From Takakia lepidozioides (taxonomy: Eukaryota > Plantae > Bryophyta): a stretch of DNA of 64,000 bases. This document shows positions 37,301 through 50,049 of this stretch, piece by piece (position 1 is the stretch's first letter; the number at the start of each line of letters is the position of its first letter). Where the stretch lies: the NCBI GenBank assembly GCA_030704615.1, contig CM060731.1, positions 90,458,001 through 90,522,000 on the forward strand, given 5' to 3'. Under the pieces are notes generated by a model that saw only the letters and a program-made list of their open reading frames with translations, was not told where the DNA came from and ran no database searches. Made by a program: the position numbers and the translations under genes.

Positions 37301-37989
37301 TATCTGCAAGCTCAAGAAAATTCAAAGCAAATAGGGATCCTCACCTGGTCCCATCACAAGCCCCCACAAAAACCAACAGGTTAGTGAGGATTGTGGAACC
37401 CCAGGTGAATCACAGACCCCTGATACCATCCTACAACTACATTATCACGAACCCACTTTCCAATGCAGCCATGGGATTATAAAGTTGCCTAGGGACACAA
37501 AACGTGTCACACTCGCGGCTCGCCACATCACCACAATATAAAAATATGAAGTTTGCATTTCAGTCACTACAACTATCCCCCGAAACTTGGGCACTCTCAT
37601 CGACAAAAACCCGAGCTCCGAGGTCCCTGTTGGGCTTCCGAGCAGGCCGACAGGCAGTTGGGGGAGACATTGTGACACTGTACTGACAAGCAATGGCCTC
37701 CGCGTAGATGTATGAACAAAGAGGGCTACACCACAAGTCACTATGAAGAACAGAGACGTCGTGCAAAGGAATAGCTTACAATATCCTGCCACCCAAATTA
37801 CATGTACTACATTAGCTAATGTGAAAGACAAGGGGGAAGGGGGGGGGCTGCAACATGCTATAACTGGGAAGTGAACACCAAACAAACTTACTCACATGTG
37901 AAATCGTCGTTGAGGTCATTGTCATCTCCCTCGTTGATATCAACATGCACTACAACCTCCTGCTATTCGGCGGCAGGCATTGGCCCTTG

Positions 37990-38725
37990 CAACTCTTGGA
38001 GGAGGTCAGTAAAAATAGCCGCATCCCCTTCCATACCCAACAAATGTCGGCCCACTGCATTGCAAGCATGGTACGAAGCTCATGCAAGACACAGTTGTGT
38101 TACTAAGATGTTACAAATTGTGTATCAAGGGAAAAAAGACCACAGAATGAGAGATGTCAAACATGTTCCAAGATTCAGGTCGACGATGCGCGCCCCCGGA
38201 TGGGAACATGTCTCAATAATAGTTTGAATAAAAGTTGGGCTCTTCTCCTTGGCCCCTCTCCATGGTGTTCCATTTGACTTTCTCAAATAGACATTCGAAT
38301 CCACGTTATTGTAGTGCATATCGTCGACCACTGGATCAAACTTCTCATTCATGAAACAAGCTCCCCCATGAAGCCTGAACTCCTTCACTGCAACAGGAGT
38401 CAAAGAAGGGTGCACCTTGACGAGGCACATGGCTTCAAAAAGGCAGGTCTGCATGGAAGCCAACACGAAGCACAAATGAGCGAATGCATAAAAAAGGACA
38501 AAAAAATAGTGCAGTTTCACCCCTTCAGAATTGAGTGCGTTGACGCACTCAATTCTGGAGGGTCAATAGAAAAATGAAATGAAGCAAACAAGAGAAGAAT
38601 GCTACCATTTATCGGAGTGGATGATTACCATTTGTCCCGGACAGTCCCCCTTCGTCAAGTATAAGCTGTTGACACCATTCCACCATTCTTGGCTGCAAAC
38701 AGGCATGTCCATACAGACACTAAAA
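37990..38725 (-). pseudogene. Beta-class amino-MTase-like domain (family C)
   Basis: VCMDMPV..WWN ... TCLFEAMCLVK ... FDPVVDDMHYN ... PWRGAKEKSPTFIQTIIETCSHPGARIVDLNLGT|intron|ASYHACNAVGRHLLGMEGD. Confidence 0.75.
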
Positions 38726-39781
38726 GAGGAATCCCCCCCCCCCCCCCCAAACCGGAAGCTAATCTCAATGGAAAGACAGACAAAAATACAGGTATCAGAC
38801 CCTTTGAAACTGAGTGCGTCAACGCACTCAGTTCTGAAGGGTTTTGATTTGCCCAGTGGAAGTAAGCATGCCCAGACAGGCAGCAAACATGAACTACCAT
38901 CCAAAACGGTGACTCAAGGGGACGAACCAGAGGCTGTGCTTGTGTGCGTGAACTCAGTCACTCAGTTTTGGAGGCCCACAAGTGGGAAAAAATAAAAATA
39001 AAAATAAAAATAATCTCCCTCCTTTCCTACCTAGAACTGAGTGCGTCAACGCACCCAATTTCTTCACTCATAAAGGAGCTCCGTAAACGCACTCAATTTC
39101 TCGACACTGTGTGAAGGGTTCTCTTCAAGTTCCTCTTTGTGCACAAGGGGGTTGTTTCTTCATGAGCGATGAGCAGATGAGCCATGAGCCATGAGCAGAG
39201 TTGCCGAACCTCTTCCATAGCAAAATCCGAAAGGAATGCAGGCTTGGATCCGGTTCGGGAATTGTGCGAAGCTGATATGGGCACATACTTAATGTCTAGG
39301 ATGTATAAATGCACGGTATTATAAGGTGTACCACCTAATTCCGCGCGTCACATACACTACCAGAGTTAACCGAGGGCGGAGGAAAACGAGAAGTCGGCAA
39401 CGACTTCTGGTGCATGGTGATCAGGAAAGTCTGTGCCGACTTCTAGAACAGAAGGTGATATGGGGAAATGTAACATAAAAAGGGTTGGCGGAAGTCTGTG
39501 CCAATTTCTCCTAAAAACAGATCGTGTGCTTCAGTAAATAGGAAAAAACAAGTAGGGACCGGGAAGTCTGTGCCGACTTCTGGCCCGCAATGAAATGACA
39601 TTAATTCGGAAAAAGGCAGGGACTGTGAATATTGCTTAGAATGCAGATGTACTCCAACATATTCCATGCTTCAAGAAAATCAGTCATACTATTTTTTTGC
39701 TCCATCCGTTGCATGGAGCTGCACAGAAAATAAACATGAAACAAATTTTTGAATTTACATAAATGTTTAAGGGTAACAAGG

Positions 39782-40840
39782 TTAAGGAGTGCCCTCATTG
39801 ATAGCGTCCCCATATTCCATCTCCACATCGTCCACTACTTTCTCGATGATTTCATTGACATCATCATCGCCCTCTTTTTCTGTCGATGGGTCACAGCTCT
39901 CACTACGTAGCACAACACTATATTCTACCAGATGTTGAACCTTCCTAAACCTTTTAACCGCTCGTGCCTCACCTGGCCACATTGGCCTCTTCGACAATTT
40001 GGGGGATTCCTGCTGAGCTAGCCTTTCTGCCATCTTTGCTGCATAGTCAGGAAGACACAGAGGTTTGGGTGGGGTGAAGAGAACAACAACTGCTTTTCGA
40101 TGAAGCTCTGCCCTCTTCTCGGCAATCTGTGCCTTCCTATTTTCCCTCTCCTGACGTGCAGCCATTAAGGAGGCTCCACGGCGATGAGCTGGCGTTGTTG
40201 GAGCTGGCCTCCTTGTGCAAATTGAGTAAACATCACTGCAGTAGGAAAAAAAACCATGGTCAGCCTTGCAAAGGGAACGTGTTGGCCGAGCCATGGCAAG
40301 CAAGACATCACAACAAAATTGAGAAATCTGCCCCGACTATCCTGTTTTGAAGAAGAAAGAGAGAGAACAACAAACTTACTCACTCCAGTACATGGACATG
40401 CACAGGTTGATCACTAGAATCCCGGAACCACTCATCAGGTGTCAAGTCCATTGCGGCCACGGGGTCAGGGGTAGCAGGCATCTCACATTGCAGGCCCTGC
40501 AGTTTCTCTCTTACAAGCTCTCCATCACCTTCCAAGGCCAGCAAGTGGCGACCACAAACCCGTGCAGCCACCATCGATGTGCCACAGTTTGCAGTGAGGT
40601 CGACAATCTTGCCCCCAATGTCAGTCAACATCTCCATAAAAGTCTGTAGGAACATTGGGTTTTTTTCTCTGGCACCTCTCAACCAGTTCCCATCAGCTCT
40701 TGTGTACAACCTGTCTTTGGTGACACAATTGTGCACAATGTCGTGTCAACCATGAAGTCGAAATCCAATTTCTTGGCATCCCGCCAAAATCACAAGCGTA
40801 TGTCGGGCTCTTCAACATCAAGAGGCACTTCCCACTATGT
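39782..40840 (-). pseudogene. Family B cargo gene 3' part: amino-MTase SAM-binding half plus acidic last exon
   Basis: WLRGAREKNPMFLQTFMEMLTDIGGKIVDLTANCGTSMVAARVCGRHLLALEGD. Last-exon LCLPDYAAKMA matches family A YILPTYAARLA. Confidence 0.8.
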
Positions 40841-40844
40841 AGGC

Positions 40845-42445
40845 CCCAATGGGTGCCTACGCGACACGTGCTTCGCCTGAAAATGGCACACGCAGTGCCT
40901 GAAAACGGATAATTCCGGGAGGTCTGTGCAGACTTCCCGGCTGATCTACCCCCAACGGGTGCCTACGCGACACGTGCATCGCTTGAAAATGGCACACGCA
41001 GTGCTTGAAAATGGATAACTCCGGGGAAGTCTCTGCAGACTTCTCGGCTGATCTAACCCCAACGGGTGCATCATCGCCTGGAAATGGCACACGCAGTGCC
41101 TAAAAACGGATAATTCTGGGAAGTCTATGCAGACTTTTCGGCTGATCTACCCCCAACGCGTGCCTACGCGACACGTGCATCGCCTGAAAATGGCACACGT
41201 AGTGCCTGAAAGCGGATAATTTCGGGGAAGTCTGTGCAGACTTCTCGGCTGATCGAACCCCAACGGGTGCATACGCGACACGTGCATCGCCTGAAAATGA
41301 CACACGCAGTGCCTGAAAATGGATAATTCCCGGGAAGTCTGTGGAGACTTCCCGGCTGATCTAACCCCAACAGGTGCCTACACGACACATGCATCGCCTG
41401 AAAATGACACACGCAGTGCCTGAAAATGGATCATTCCGGGGAAGTCTGTGTAGACTTCCCGGCTGATCTACCCCCAACAGGTACCTACGCGACACGTGCA
41501 TCGCCTGAAAATGGCACACGCAGTGCCTGAAAATGGATAATTCCGGGAAGTCTGTGCAGACTTCTCGGCTGATCTACCCCCAACGGGTGCAGCATCGCCT
41601 GAAAATGGCACATGCAGTGTCTGAAAACGGATAATTCCGGGAAGTCTATGCAGACTTCTCGGCTGATCTATTCCCAACGGGTGCAGAAGCGCCTAAAAAT
41701 GGCACATGCAGTGCCTGAAAACGGATAATTCCGGGAAATCTGTGCAGACTTCCCGGCTGATCTACCCCCAACGGGTGCCTACGTGACATATGCATCGCCT
41801 AAAAATGGCACACGCAGTGCCTGAAAACGGATAATTCCGGGAAGTCTGTGCAAACTTCCCGGCTGATCTACCCCCATCGGGTGCCTACGCGACACGTGCA
41901 TCACCTGAAAATGGCACGCGCAGTGCCTGGAAATGGATAATTCCGAAAATTTGTGCAGACTTCCCGGCTGATCTACCCCCAACAGGTGCCTACGCGACAC
42001 GTGCTTCGCCTGAAAATGGCACACACAGTGCCTGGAAACGGATAATTCCGGGAAGTCTGTGCAGACTTCCCGGCTAATCTACCTTCAATGCGTGCCTACG
42101 CGACACGTGCATCGCCTGAAAATGGCACACGCAGTGCTGAAAACGGATAATTCCGGGGAAGTCTGTGCAGACTTCTCGGCTGATCTACTCCCAACGGGTG
42201 CAACATCGCCTGAAAATGGCACACGCAATGCCTAAAAACGGATAATTTTGGGAAGTCTATGCAGACTTCCCGACTGATCTACCCCCAACGGGTGCCTACA
42301 TGACACGTGCATCGCCTGAAAATGGCACACGCAGTGCCTGAAAATAGATAATTCCGGAAGTCCGTGCAGACTTCCGGCTGATCTACCCCCAATGGGTGCC
42401 TACGCGACACGTGCATTGCTTGAGAAAGACACAATGCCTGCGTGA
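40845..42445. repeat. Tandem array, ~106-bp (and ~92-bp) units, ~15 copies, core palindrome CCGGGAAGTCTG-TG-CAGACTTCCCGG
   Basis: Unit starts at 40851 and 40957. Short units lack ctacgcgacacgtg. Confidence 0.95.
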
Positions 42446-42464
42446 AAATGGATAATTCCTGTGC

Positions 42465-43280
42465 AGGTGGCTCCCGAGTGCATGTGGAGCACCTGGATGA
42501 GGATGACGACATGGCACCGACCAACTACAACAGTATTCCAAAGCAGTACAAAAAACCAGTGTTGGAGACCTCAGTGTCCACTGCAAATTGGCATATTGCA
42601 AGAACAACGGACTTGTCACGCGCCCAATGTTGGGGTATTCGTGTTGACAGTGGGCAACCCTATAAGCAGCAGATTCGTCCTTTGAAATCGTCTGGCATTC
42701 CAGCTCTGAAGTACATCGGAGTATGCCACAACCCAGTTTTTCCAAAAAAGAAATTGCATGAGTTCTGGTTTTGTCCTCATGACATTCAACAGTGTGTTCA
42801 TGGGGGAGTCCACCGAGATGCAAAGGACAAACCAGAGCCACCACAGGTATGGCCTCTGATGCAGCCAGGAACTTATTTGACTCAGGGAAGTTAACTCATT
42901 GGATGCAGCCGGTTTTTGCCTGATCCCAAGGGATGATATCCCATGTTTTCACATGGAGGAGGACGTTGGTGCCCAACAACCCGGAGTTCATCAGAATCGT
43001 TCAGAACTTCCGTGATGTTCCTCGACCAGGGATGGGAAGAGTGTACACCATCAGTACTTCACGCTCAACAACCAATGGGATGGTTTATTACGTCTCAATT
43101 GGCATTTACCCGGAGTGCACATGTCCCGACTTTGTGAAGATGCGTAATCTGCAAGGAAGGGTACACCCACTGCAATCACATATACTGGATTTTTCTTTGG
43201 CATCCGCTGTTGCTGACTTAATTATCCTACTTTGAGTATGAATGAGGTCAGTGAAATCCTTCGCAATGATCCCTGCGTAT
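42465..43280 (+). pseudogene. Family B transposase C-terminus with SWIM finger
   Basis: WHIART..QCW..FWFCPHDIQQCV..PQVWP..GRVYTI..YYVSIGIYPECTCPDF; frameshifted C.H. Confidence 0.8.
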
Positions 43281-46200
43281 GGTTGGAATAACATGATCAG
43301 AGGCGTCCTTCTGCGAGGGAAGATGAGGAGCATTTGCCTGCGATATCACCTTATGTTCTGGATGCACCGCTTTTCGTTCCACTATCATTCTTTAAAAAAC
43401 AGTAAAATTCATTCCATACGTTTATTGCCACTTGTCAGAAAGGATCTTGTACTATTTTGCAAGTTTGTGCCGACTTACCGATGAGCGGTCACTGACTTTC
43501 CAAATGTTCTTCTAGTTTGTTTTTGCTCATTGTTCAGAAATTGCAAGACCAATTTTTTTTTTGGTATTTTCCTATTTGATGACGTTCACCGAGGTGGTGT
43601 GCTTGAAGCTGGAAAGTCATGCCGAACGGATTTCATGGTGGGATGGGAATCGGTAAGTCTGTGCAGACTTATAGTATATAACAGGACGACATCCGACAAG
43701 TCTGTGCAGACTTCTCAACTACAACTTCTGGAAAATTAAAAAGTTCATAACATTAAATACATACATATTAAACTTACATAATAGATAGCAGGTATAAAAT
43801 AGGCAGCCGAAGTCTGTGCCAACTTCTCGAAAATGGACTGTCCGTCATCATGAAATGGTCAAATTTGTCCGCGGTTATACAAGGAAGGCCTATTCTTGTG
43901 GTAGCCCCATGACTTGTTTGGAAGACCAGAGTATTGTGGAAGTCGACACCGACTTCCAGATTTAGGAGAACCCCCAAACCTACGTATGCATCCGAACCTG
44001 CCTCCAATATCCTGTTATCTGGGGACATCTTGGATATTTTAACCGCAAAAAATGCCGAAATGCAGCTCCACAGGGTCTGAAATGAGGGAATATTCCCCCA
44101 AATATGCTTTGCTCATGTTTACTTTTGCTTCTGCTCATGCTTAAATGTGCTCATGGCTCATAGAAAATACAGACCTGTGCACAATGGATACACACAAAGA
44201 CTTCATGGTGTAGAATCACCCCCACAAACTGAATGCATTGCTGCACTCAATTTTTGGGGTTTTTTCCAATAGTATTCTCTTCCATCTCCTCTCTCTCTCA
44301 ATGATGTTCTGTCTGCTGACCTATTTCGATAAATGGAGTGAGAGCACCCCCAGAAACTGTGTGCGTCGACGCACTCAATTTCTGGAGGTCTTGAGTTGTC
44401 TCCAATTTTTGAAGTCCTCACATGATGGTTCTATTTCTATCCGTGATTTCGGAAAGGAGAATAAAATAACACTCTTGAAAATTGAGTGCGTCAACACACT
44501 CAGTTTTCGTAACCTCTCCACAGCCAAAAATCAAACAAGCACAGACAGATTACCTTCGGTCATTTGTTAGGAGCACTCCCCGATGCATCTCCTTCTTCTC
44601 TTTCTTCTCGAAAGAGGCAGATGACAATGGTTTTGCAGTTGTGCAAGAACATGTCCTAGCAACACGCTTTCAGCTCGACAATGGCACTATCTTCCTCGAG
44701 AGAGGTGTGTACGGTGTCGACGGGAAGTTGGTCAAATATACATTCCAAAAACCTGATGAAACTGCGCATATTGTCGACGGAGCTCCCCGCCGGCAGTCCT
44801 GGGGCTCATCTCCCCGCCGGCAGTCCTGGGGCTCATCACAGGGAATGCAGCTTTGATGGTTCAAGACAAAAAGATGTGTGGTGGAAAATGGAGACAACAA
44901 CCTCCACCCAATCATTGAGCTCTCGGACTCGTCGGAGGAGGACGTCTTTGAATTTCCATCTGCGGTGCATCCACCGTTAGTTGTAGAAATGGAAGTTAAA
45001 GACATCTACAGTATCATTTCAAAGCTGAAGTCAATGGGAGGGATGGCCGGTTTCAAGAGTGAGTTATGGGGAATGACTGGGACACTTTCAATATTGAACG
45101 TGTTGAGTTCCTGCCGGAGACATTTGATGGGGATATCCTCTTTGAGCTGCCTCCACCTGGGCGAGTTGGAGCTACTTCAAGTCTAATGCGAGGCCCATGG
45201 ACACCCAGGGTGTAGAACAAAACATTCAATATTCAAAATCATGACAACCTCGTATTCAGGAGAATGGTTTGCAATGGGCACCTGAGGTGCGAGAATTTGA
45301 ATGGCAGGCATTTCCTTTTCCCTAGAGTTCAGAACTAGAGCAAATGGGAGTGTGTCACGGACAACCCATTCAAGCCTGGGGAAAGACCTCCAAGCACCAA
45401 CCCATTCTGCAGATCAACATGTCCATTGAGGAGATGGCGGACATGATGGTTACTGTGAATACCTAGTGTGTTACAGAGTTCATACATTGTGCATACAACA
45501 TGTTTTAGATCTCTGCAATACCGTCACTGTTTGAGATTCAGTGTGTAGGATGTGCATATAAGATGTCGGTCTCTGATGTCGACATCCGTTGTATCCGGAA
45601 CCATGACAATGAATTTAAACTTCGGGGTTTCAATATGGAATTTGAAAAATCATTGCTCAACCTTCAGCAAGGTGGTTCTTTAATCAGGTTCTAAACAATA
45701 TCTCGTTCGCTATTCTGCGAGATCGTGAAGGCAAGTATCTCATCGAGCGTCACACCATCTACCATTCCAAATCCATTGGGAGGTCCTGTCAATATGGAAT
45801 ATGAAAAATCATTGCTATACCTCCTCACCCCATCCACCATTCCAAGTTCGTTGTTCAGTCTCGATATGGTTTCATCCAACCCCAGTGGACGGAAACTCGG
45901 CGCCGAGTTTCCATCCATGTTGGTCTCATCCAACCCCGCTGAATGGAAATGCGGCGCCGCATTTACACCCAGAGGGTTGATAAAGTGCGGCCTGCTATCT
46001 AATTCTCCTTCCGAGAAGGTTTTATGGAGCTGACCACAAAGTAAATGCGGCGCCAAATTCCCAGGTAAGGGGATATTAAATGTTGTTTTTTGTTTGCCAC
46101 TTGTCCAAATTTCCCCCCCTACACCCACTCCGTTTCAAATCTGGCCAGCAGGACTAGTCCTCTCCTCCCATACTCCCAGGTCTGCAAGTCTTCTTCCCTG

Positions 46201-46795
46201 CCTCTTACTCTGCTTCCTAACAACTCTCCTTCACTGTTTGGCGTGGTCCGATGGCATGTCAGGATCCCAGCAATTGCCCCTATTGGGGTCAATCCGCATG
46301 GAACTTTGTAGAATAATAAGAATTTTTGGTTGAGATTTACTTTTAAGACTATTTAGTGCATTTCCTACTCTATATACTCTGTGGTACTATCGATACTGGT
46401 TCGATATAGTGACATTACTCGATATTTTGTGATGGTCGATAGTCTGACTTTAATCGATAATGAAGAAGATGGATGAATGGCTATTGTGGATGAATAGAAG
46501 AGGTTAGGCGGTTATAGAAGTTGTTGAGGCAGCTTGCTATAATTGAGCTGCGAGACAATAGATCATTGTCAGTTGAGCCAGAGAGCAGTGACCAGATTAG
46601 AGAGCAGAGTGCTTGTGTAGGAGTTGTAGAAGTAGGAAGATAGAATCTTTTGACAGTGGTAGTTTAGCTCTGTGTTTCGCAATGCAAGGAGAAGAAGGAA
46701 ATTCAGTTTGATTTACTTTGTATTGAAGAATGGAATGATGAAGTGTGAATCTGATTCTGAATGCAATGATTGAAGAATTATAATTATGTGAGATA

Positions 46796-47730
46796 GTGAG
46801 AATGCGTACAAATGGAGAAGATAATAACTCTAAGCAAGAATTAATTCCTGGTTTACCCAGAGAAATATCGATACGGATCTTTAAGAGTCTATCCTGTAAT
46901 AAGGCAGAGTTGGTTCGAATAGAAAGTGTGAGCAAAGCCTGGAGAAATGAATTATCAATTCTATATAAACATCGTCGATTGGGGCATGAGTGGATCAATA
47001 TGTGGTGCTGTCCTTTGGATGGATATCCAGAGTTCATGAAAGAACAGATTAAGGACTTGAAGATAGAAAGTCTTCGATTGGATTAATTGGAAGAGAATAA
47101 CGGTGAAGTAAAAAACCATTTGCATGGCAGAGAGCAATGATGAGGGAATAAAAGGATTATCGGAGTTGATCACTGGTTTACCAGCCCATTTATCGATAGG
47201 AATCTTTCAGAAGCTTTGTTGCAGCGATAAAGAGAGATTTTTATTACAACTAGTGAATAGAGGATGGTACAAAGAGTTATCAGCTCTATACAAAAATTGT
47301 TATTAGAAGCACAGTTGGTTGCAGATATGGTATCGACCTTTTGAAGGCTATCCTGAACTTATGAGAGAATGGAATAAAACCTTTGGTGAGGGAAAGTCCT
47401 TGGAGGAACTGAAGAAGCAAGATTGGTGGTGAAGAGCAATCGATAGTGATGTGTGGAGAAGAAGGAGCTAAAGATCCTCTAGAATTAATTACTGGATTAC
47501 CTGATAGTCTGTCGATAGATATCTTTAAAAGGCTGCGATGCAGTGATATAGAGATAATAATCTACAGCTTGTGAGTAAAGGATGGTGTAAAGAAATATTG
47601 ACTCTATATCGAGCAGATTACTGGAGGAGAGAATTAGATGAACAATGGTATTTAATTTCAGCCGATGGTGTTGAGTTGATAGATGAGGATGGGAATATTA
47701 TCGAGACTGGAAGGACATTAATCGCGTTAG
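46796..47730 (+). CDS. Three tandem short F-box-like ORFs (second and third disrupted)
   Basis: ELIPGLPREISIRIFKSL..VSKAW (46796-47086); ELITGLPAHLSIGIFQKL..LVNRGW (47124-47430); ELITGLPDSLSIDIFKRL..LVSKGW (~47480-47730). Matches the plant F-box LIPGLP pattern. Confidence 0.65.
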
Positions 47731-48234
47731 ATTGAAGATGTCTGGTGTAGAAATTGATCTACTGAGGGGTTAGAGAGAGATAGATTAGTCGAGCATCATT
47801 ATTTTGCAATCGCATAGGGCTTTCCCTGCGACAAAACCTTGCAACTGATTGGACTTTTGCCTGAGAGAGTGCAGTATTCAATCTCCCATCCATCATTTCC
47901 CCTGTCCATGTGCAAGGTGCTCACTGCTGGCACGGTCGCCCCCCCACGCATCCAGTACTCAGTCTTGTACTCAGACCGGAACGAACCCTGTGGAAGGCCA
48001 CATCTCCTGTTTCATGGGGAAGATGCTGGCAATTTTGTGCAATGTTGAATTTTGTTGAATGTTGATTTTTGCCTGACAAGGCCCAATACTCAATCTTGTA
48101 CTCAGACTGGAATAAACCTTGTAGAATGCCACCTCCTTTTTCAATTCCCTCTATCTATGGGGAAAGTGCTGGCGCGCTCGCCCCCCCACACCTCTTGTCA
48201 GACGCCACAATTTTTAGTTTTCACAGGGCACTTG

Positions 48235-49525
48235 CACAAGTCTGCAGCCTTCTGACTGCATACCGTTGGCAATTATTGCGCAAAAACCAGGGGCCGCATG
48301 TCGGAGACCAGGTTCATGAAAACTCTGACAGTGGATTTTTGGGAGTGTGGGCTCGCCAAATTCGTGAATATGCTTCCTCGCTCGGAAAGTTCGGCCTTGC
48401 ATTGCCTTGCCTTACTACCTCCCCGCTTCTCCCAGGGCGCTTGACCGAACGCCGTGCTCGCAGTCTTCTGTGCACATCTCCCATGGCTGCAAACTCGAGC
48501 GCTATAGTGTACTGCCCTCCTCACACGCACAAAGCTACATTTCTGTGCAGAGGGGGAATCTGTCGGGTTGCCGAGAAATATCTTTGTGTCCGATACCACC
48601 TGAAACCCGAGTCAGTGTTCCTGGAGGAGGAAAGGAAGGATTCAAATGTTCAGTTGTTGTCGAAAGTATTGTTGTGCTCCACAATGATTTGGCGATGGCA
48701 GGGAAAGGCGAGTTCCACCATCGGACAACGTCATAGACAAGGCTGTTGGGGACTTCATGTTGCCGCCAAATGTGGTTTCTCTCCAACCGCCTTCCATGAA
48801 AGAATCTGCAAGTCTGAGAGTTGGAACCTCAAAGAGAGAGTTCTACAACAAATTTAATCTAAAGCCTCCGCCATCAAGAAAGATGTGCGAGAACAAGGTT
48901 GTTCACAACCTGTCTGACGAAGATGAGGTCATGGAAGTTCCAAGATCATCTTGGAGATAGGCAAGTCCAAAATGGACATCAGCGGAGGAGGGAGTCATAT
49001 TCCCTGTACGAGCTCAACAACTCAATCCATTCTTGATATTTTGCGAGGGCTGCAGATGGAGGGACACCGCTCCGAGCTGGCTGAGCTGGACTACAACAAG
49101 TTCACAAGCAAATCCGTCACACATCTTTCCCCAGACGCTGACAACAATTTCATTTTTGGGTTCCCTCCTCTGTCGGAGAATTCCGGAGCGTCCGGAATGT
49201 TGACAGATATGGACAGAAAACATGACGGTCACCATTGGTGCGTCACAAGAACCACCAACATGAAGATTGCCGACGGTGTGCGGGTTGAACTGGCAACCAA
49301 ATAGCACGATTTCATGAAGTTCACTTTTTGAGAAGTTTTTCTGGCTCTGATCCTCAGTAGGTACATTACATTCTATGTGCCAGCTCGCTGCGGTTTTTCT
49401 CCGCGATTGCTTCCACTATAAATCCAAAGGCCACAGGAACAAGATGGATTGGATAGGCACAGCTCCTCAACCCTTTTGAGCTTAGGAAAAGGTTCCGCAC
49501 ACATTTAAATGCGCGCATTGCAGCG
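48235..49525 (+). pseudogene. Diverged third copy of the MULE-A-type transposase N-terminus
   Basis: Collinear with 10090-11280 (EGHRSELA.LDY, MLTDMDRKHDGH.WCVT), with a ~90-bp insertion near 49290. Confidence 0.85.
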
Positions 49526-50049
49526 CTGAATTTCCGGACATGCTGGGACTTAGCCAATTTTTGGCCCCAAATCTGGAATCGAATTTCCAGAAATGGTCCC
49601 CACAACTGCTAGTATTTGAACTCATTTTTATTGAAAGATTTGCGATTCATCTTGACGCTAATTGAACTGCCAGTGAACCTCAATCGCCAGACTTTGTGAG
49701 CAATAATCCACAAGAGAGTGCATAAAAAAATTGCATAATGGATTTCCAGAAGACCATAATGTGTTTGAATGAGACATTACTTTTATTTTGCAAGTCTCAT
49801 TCTAGGAGTATTGTGCTAATGAAGGTACCTTCTTCAATACATTTCACCCTGTTTTGCCCTGTTATCAGAGTCGTCCCTAAATTTCATGTAGAATTCTGCA
49901 AGTTAGCTCGGTCATGATGCGAGCTGGCATGAGTTTTATAAAGATCCTTCACGATGGTGGGACAACCGCAATCACAAGGTGTGGCTTTTCTTAATGACTG
50001 CAAAACAAAGTCTACTGCATAAAAATGCAATTGAAAAAATCCAAATGGT

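Larger units (their letters stand above)
39147..44175 (+). mobile_element. MULE family B: 5.0-kb non-autonomous element with both ends and a perfect 9-bp TSD
   Basis: TGTGCACAA at 39138-39146 and 44176-44184. Left end GGGGGTTGTTTCTTCATGAGCGATGAGC; right end GCTCATGGCTCATAGAAAATACAGACC. Confidence 0.9.
37890..45420 (+). mobile_element. MULE family C remnant (amino-MTase cargo on -, motif cluster, transposase N-terminus on +), interrupted by the family B element
   Basis: The palindrome TTGAGTGCGTYRACGCACTCAA occurs on both sides of the 39147-44175 insertion. MTase at 38720-37990. Transposase N-terminus at 44880-45400 is homologous to 10730-11230. Ends not found. Confidence 0.7.

Noticed and set aside
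37505-37677. Solo LTR (TGTCAC...GTGACA)
   Set aside because: No TSD and no second copy in the window.
40845-42445. CRISPR array or repeat-protein gene
   Set aside because: Whole-unit tandem repeat; the ORFs are short, frameshifting translations of the repeat.
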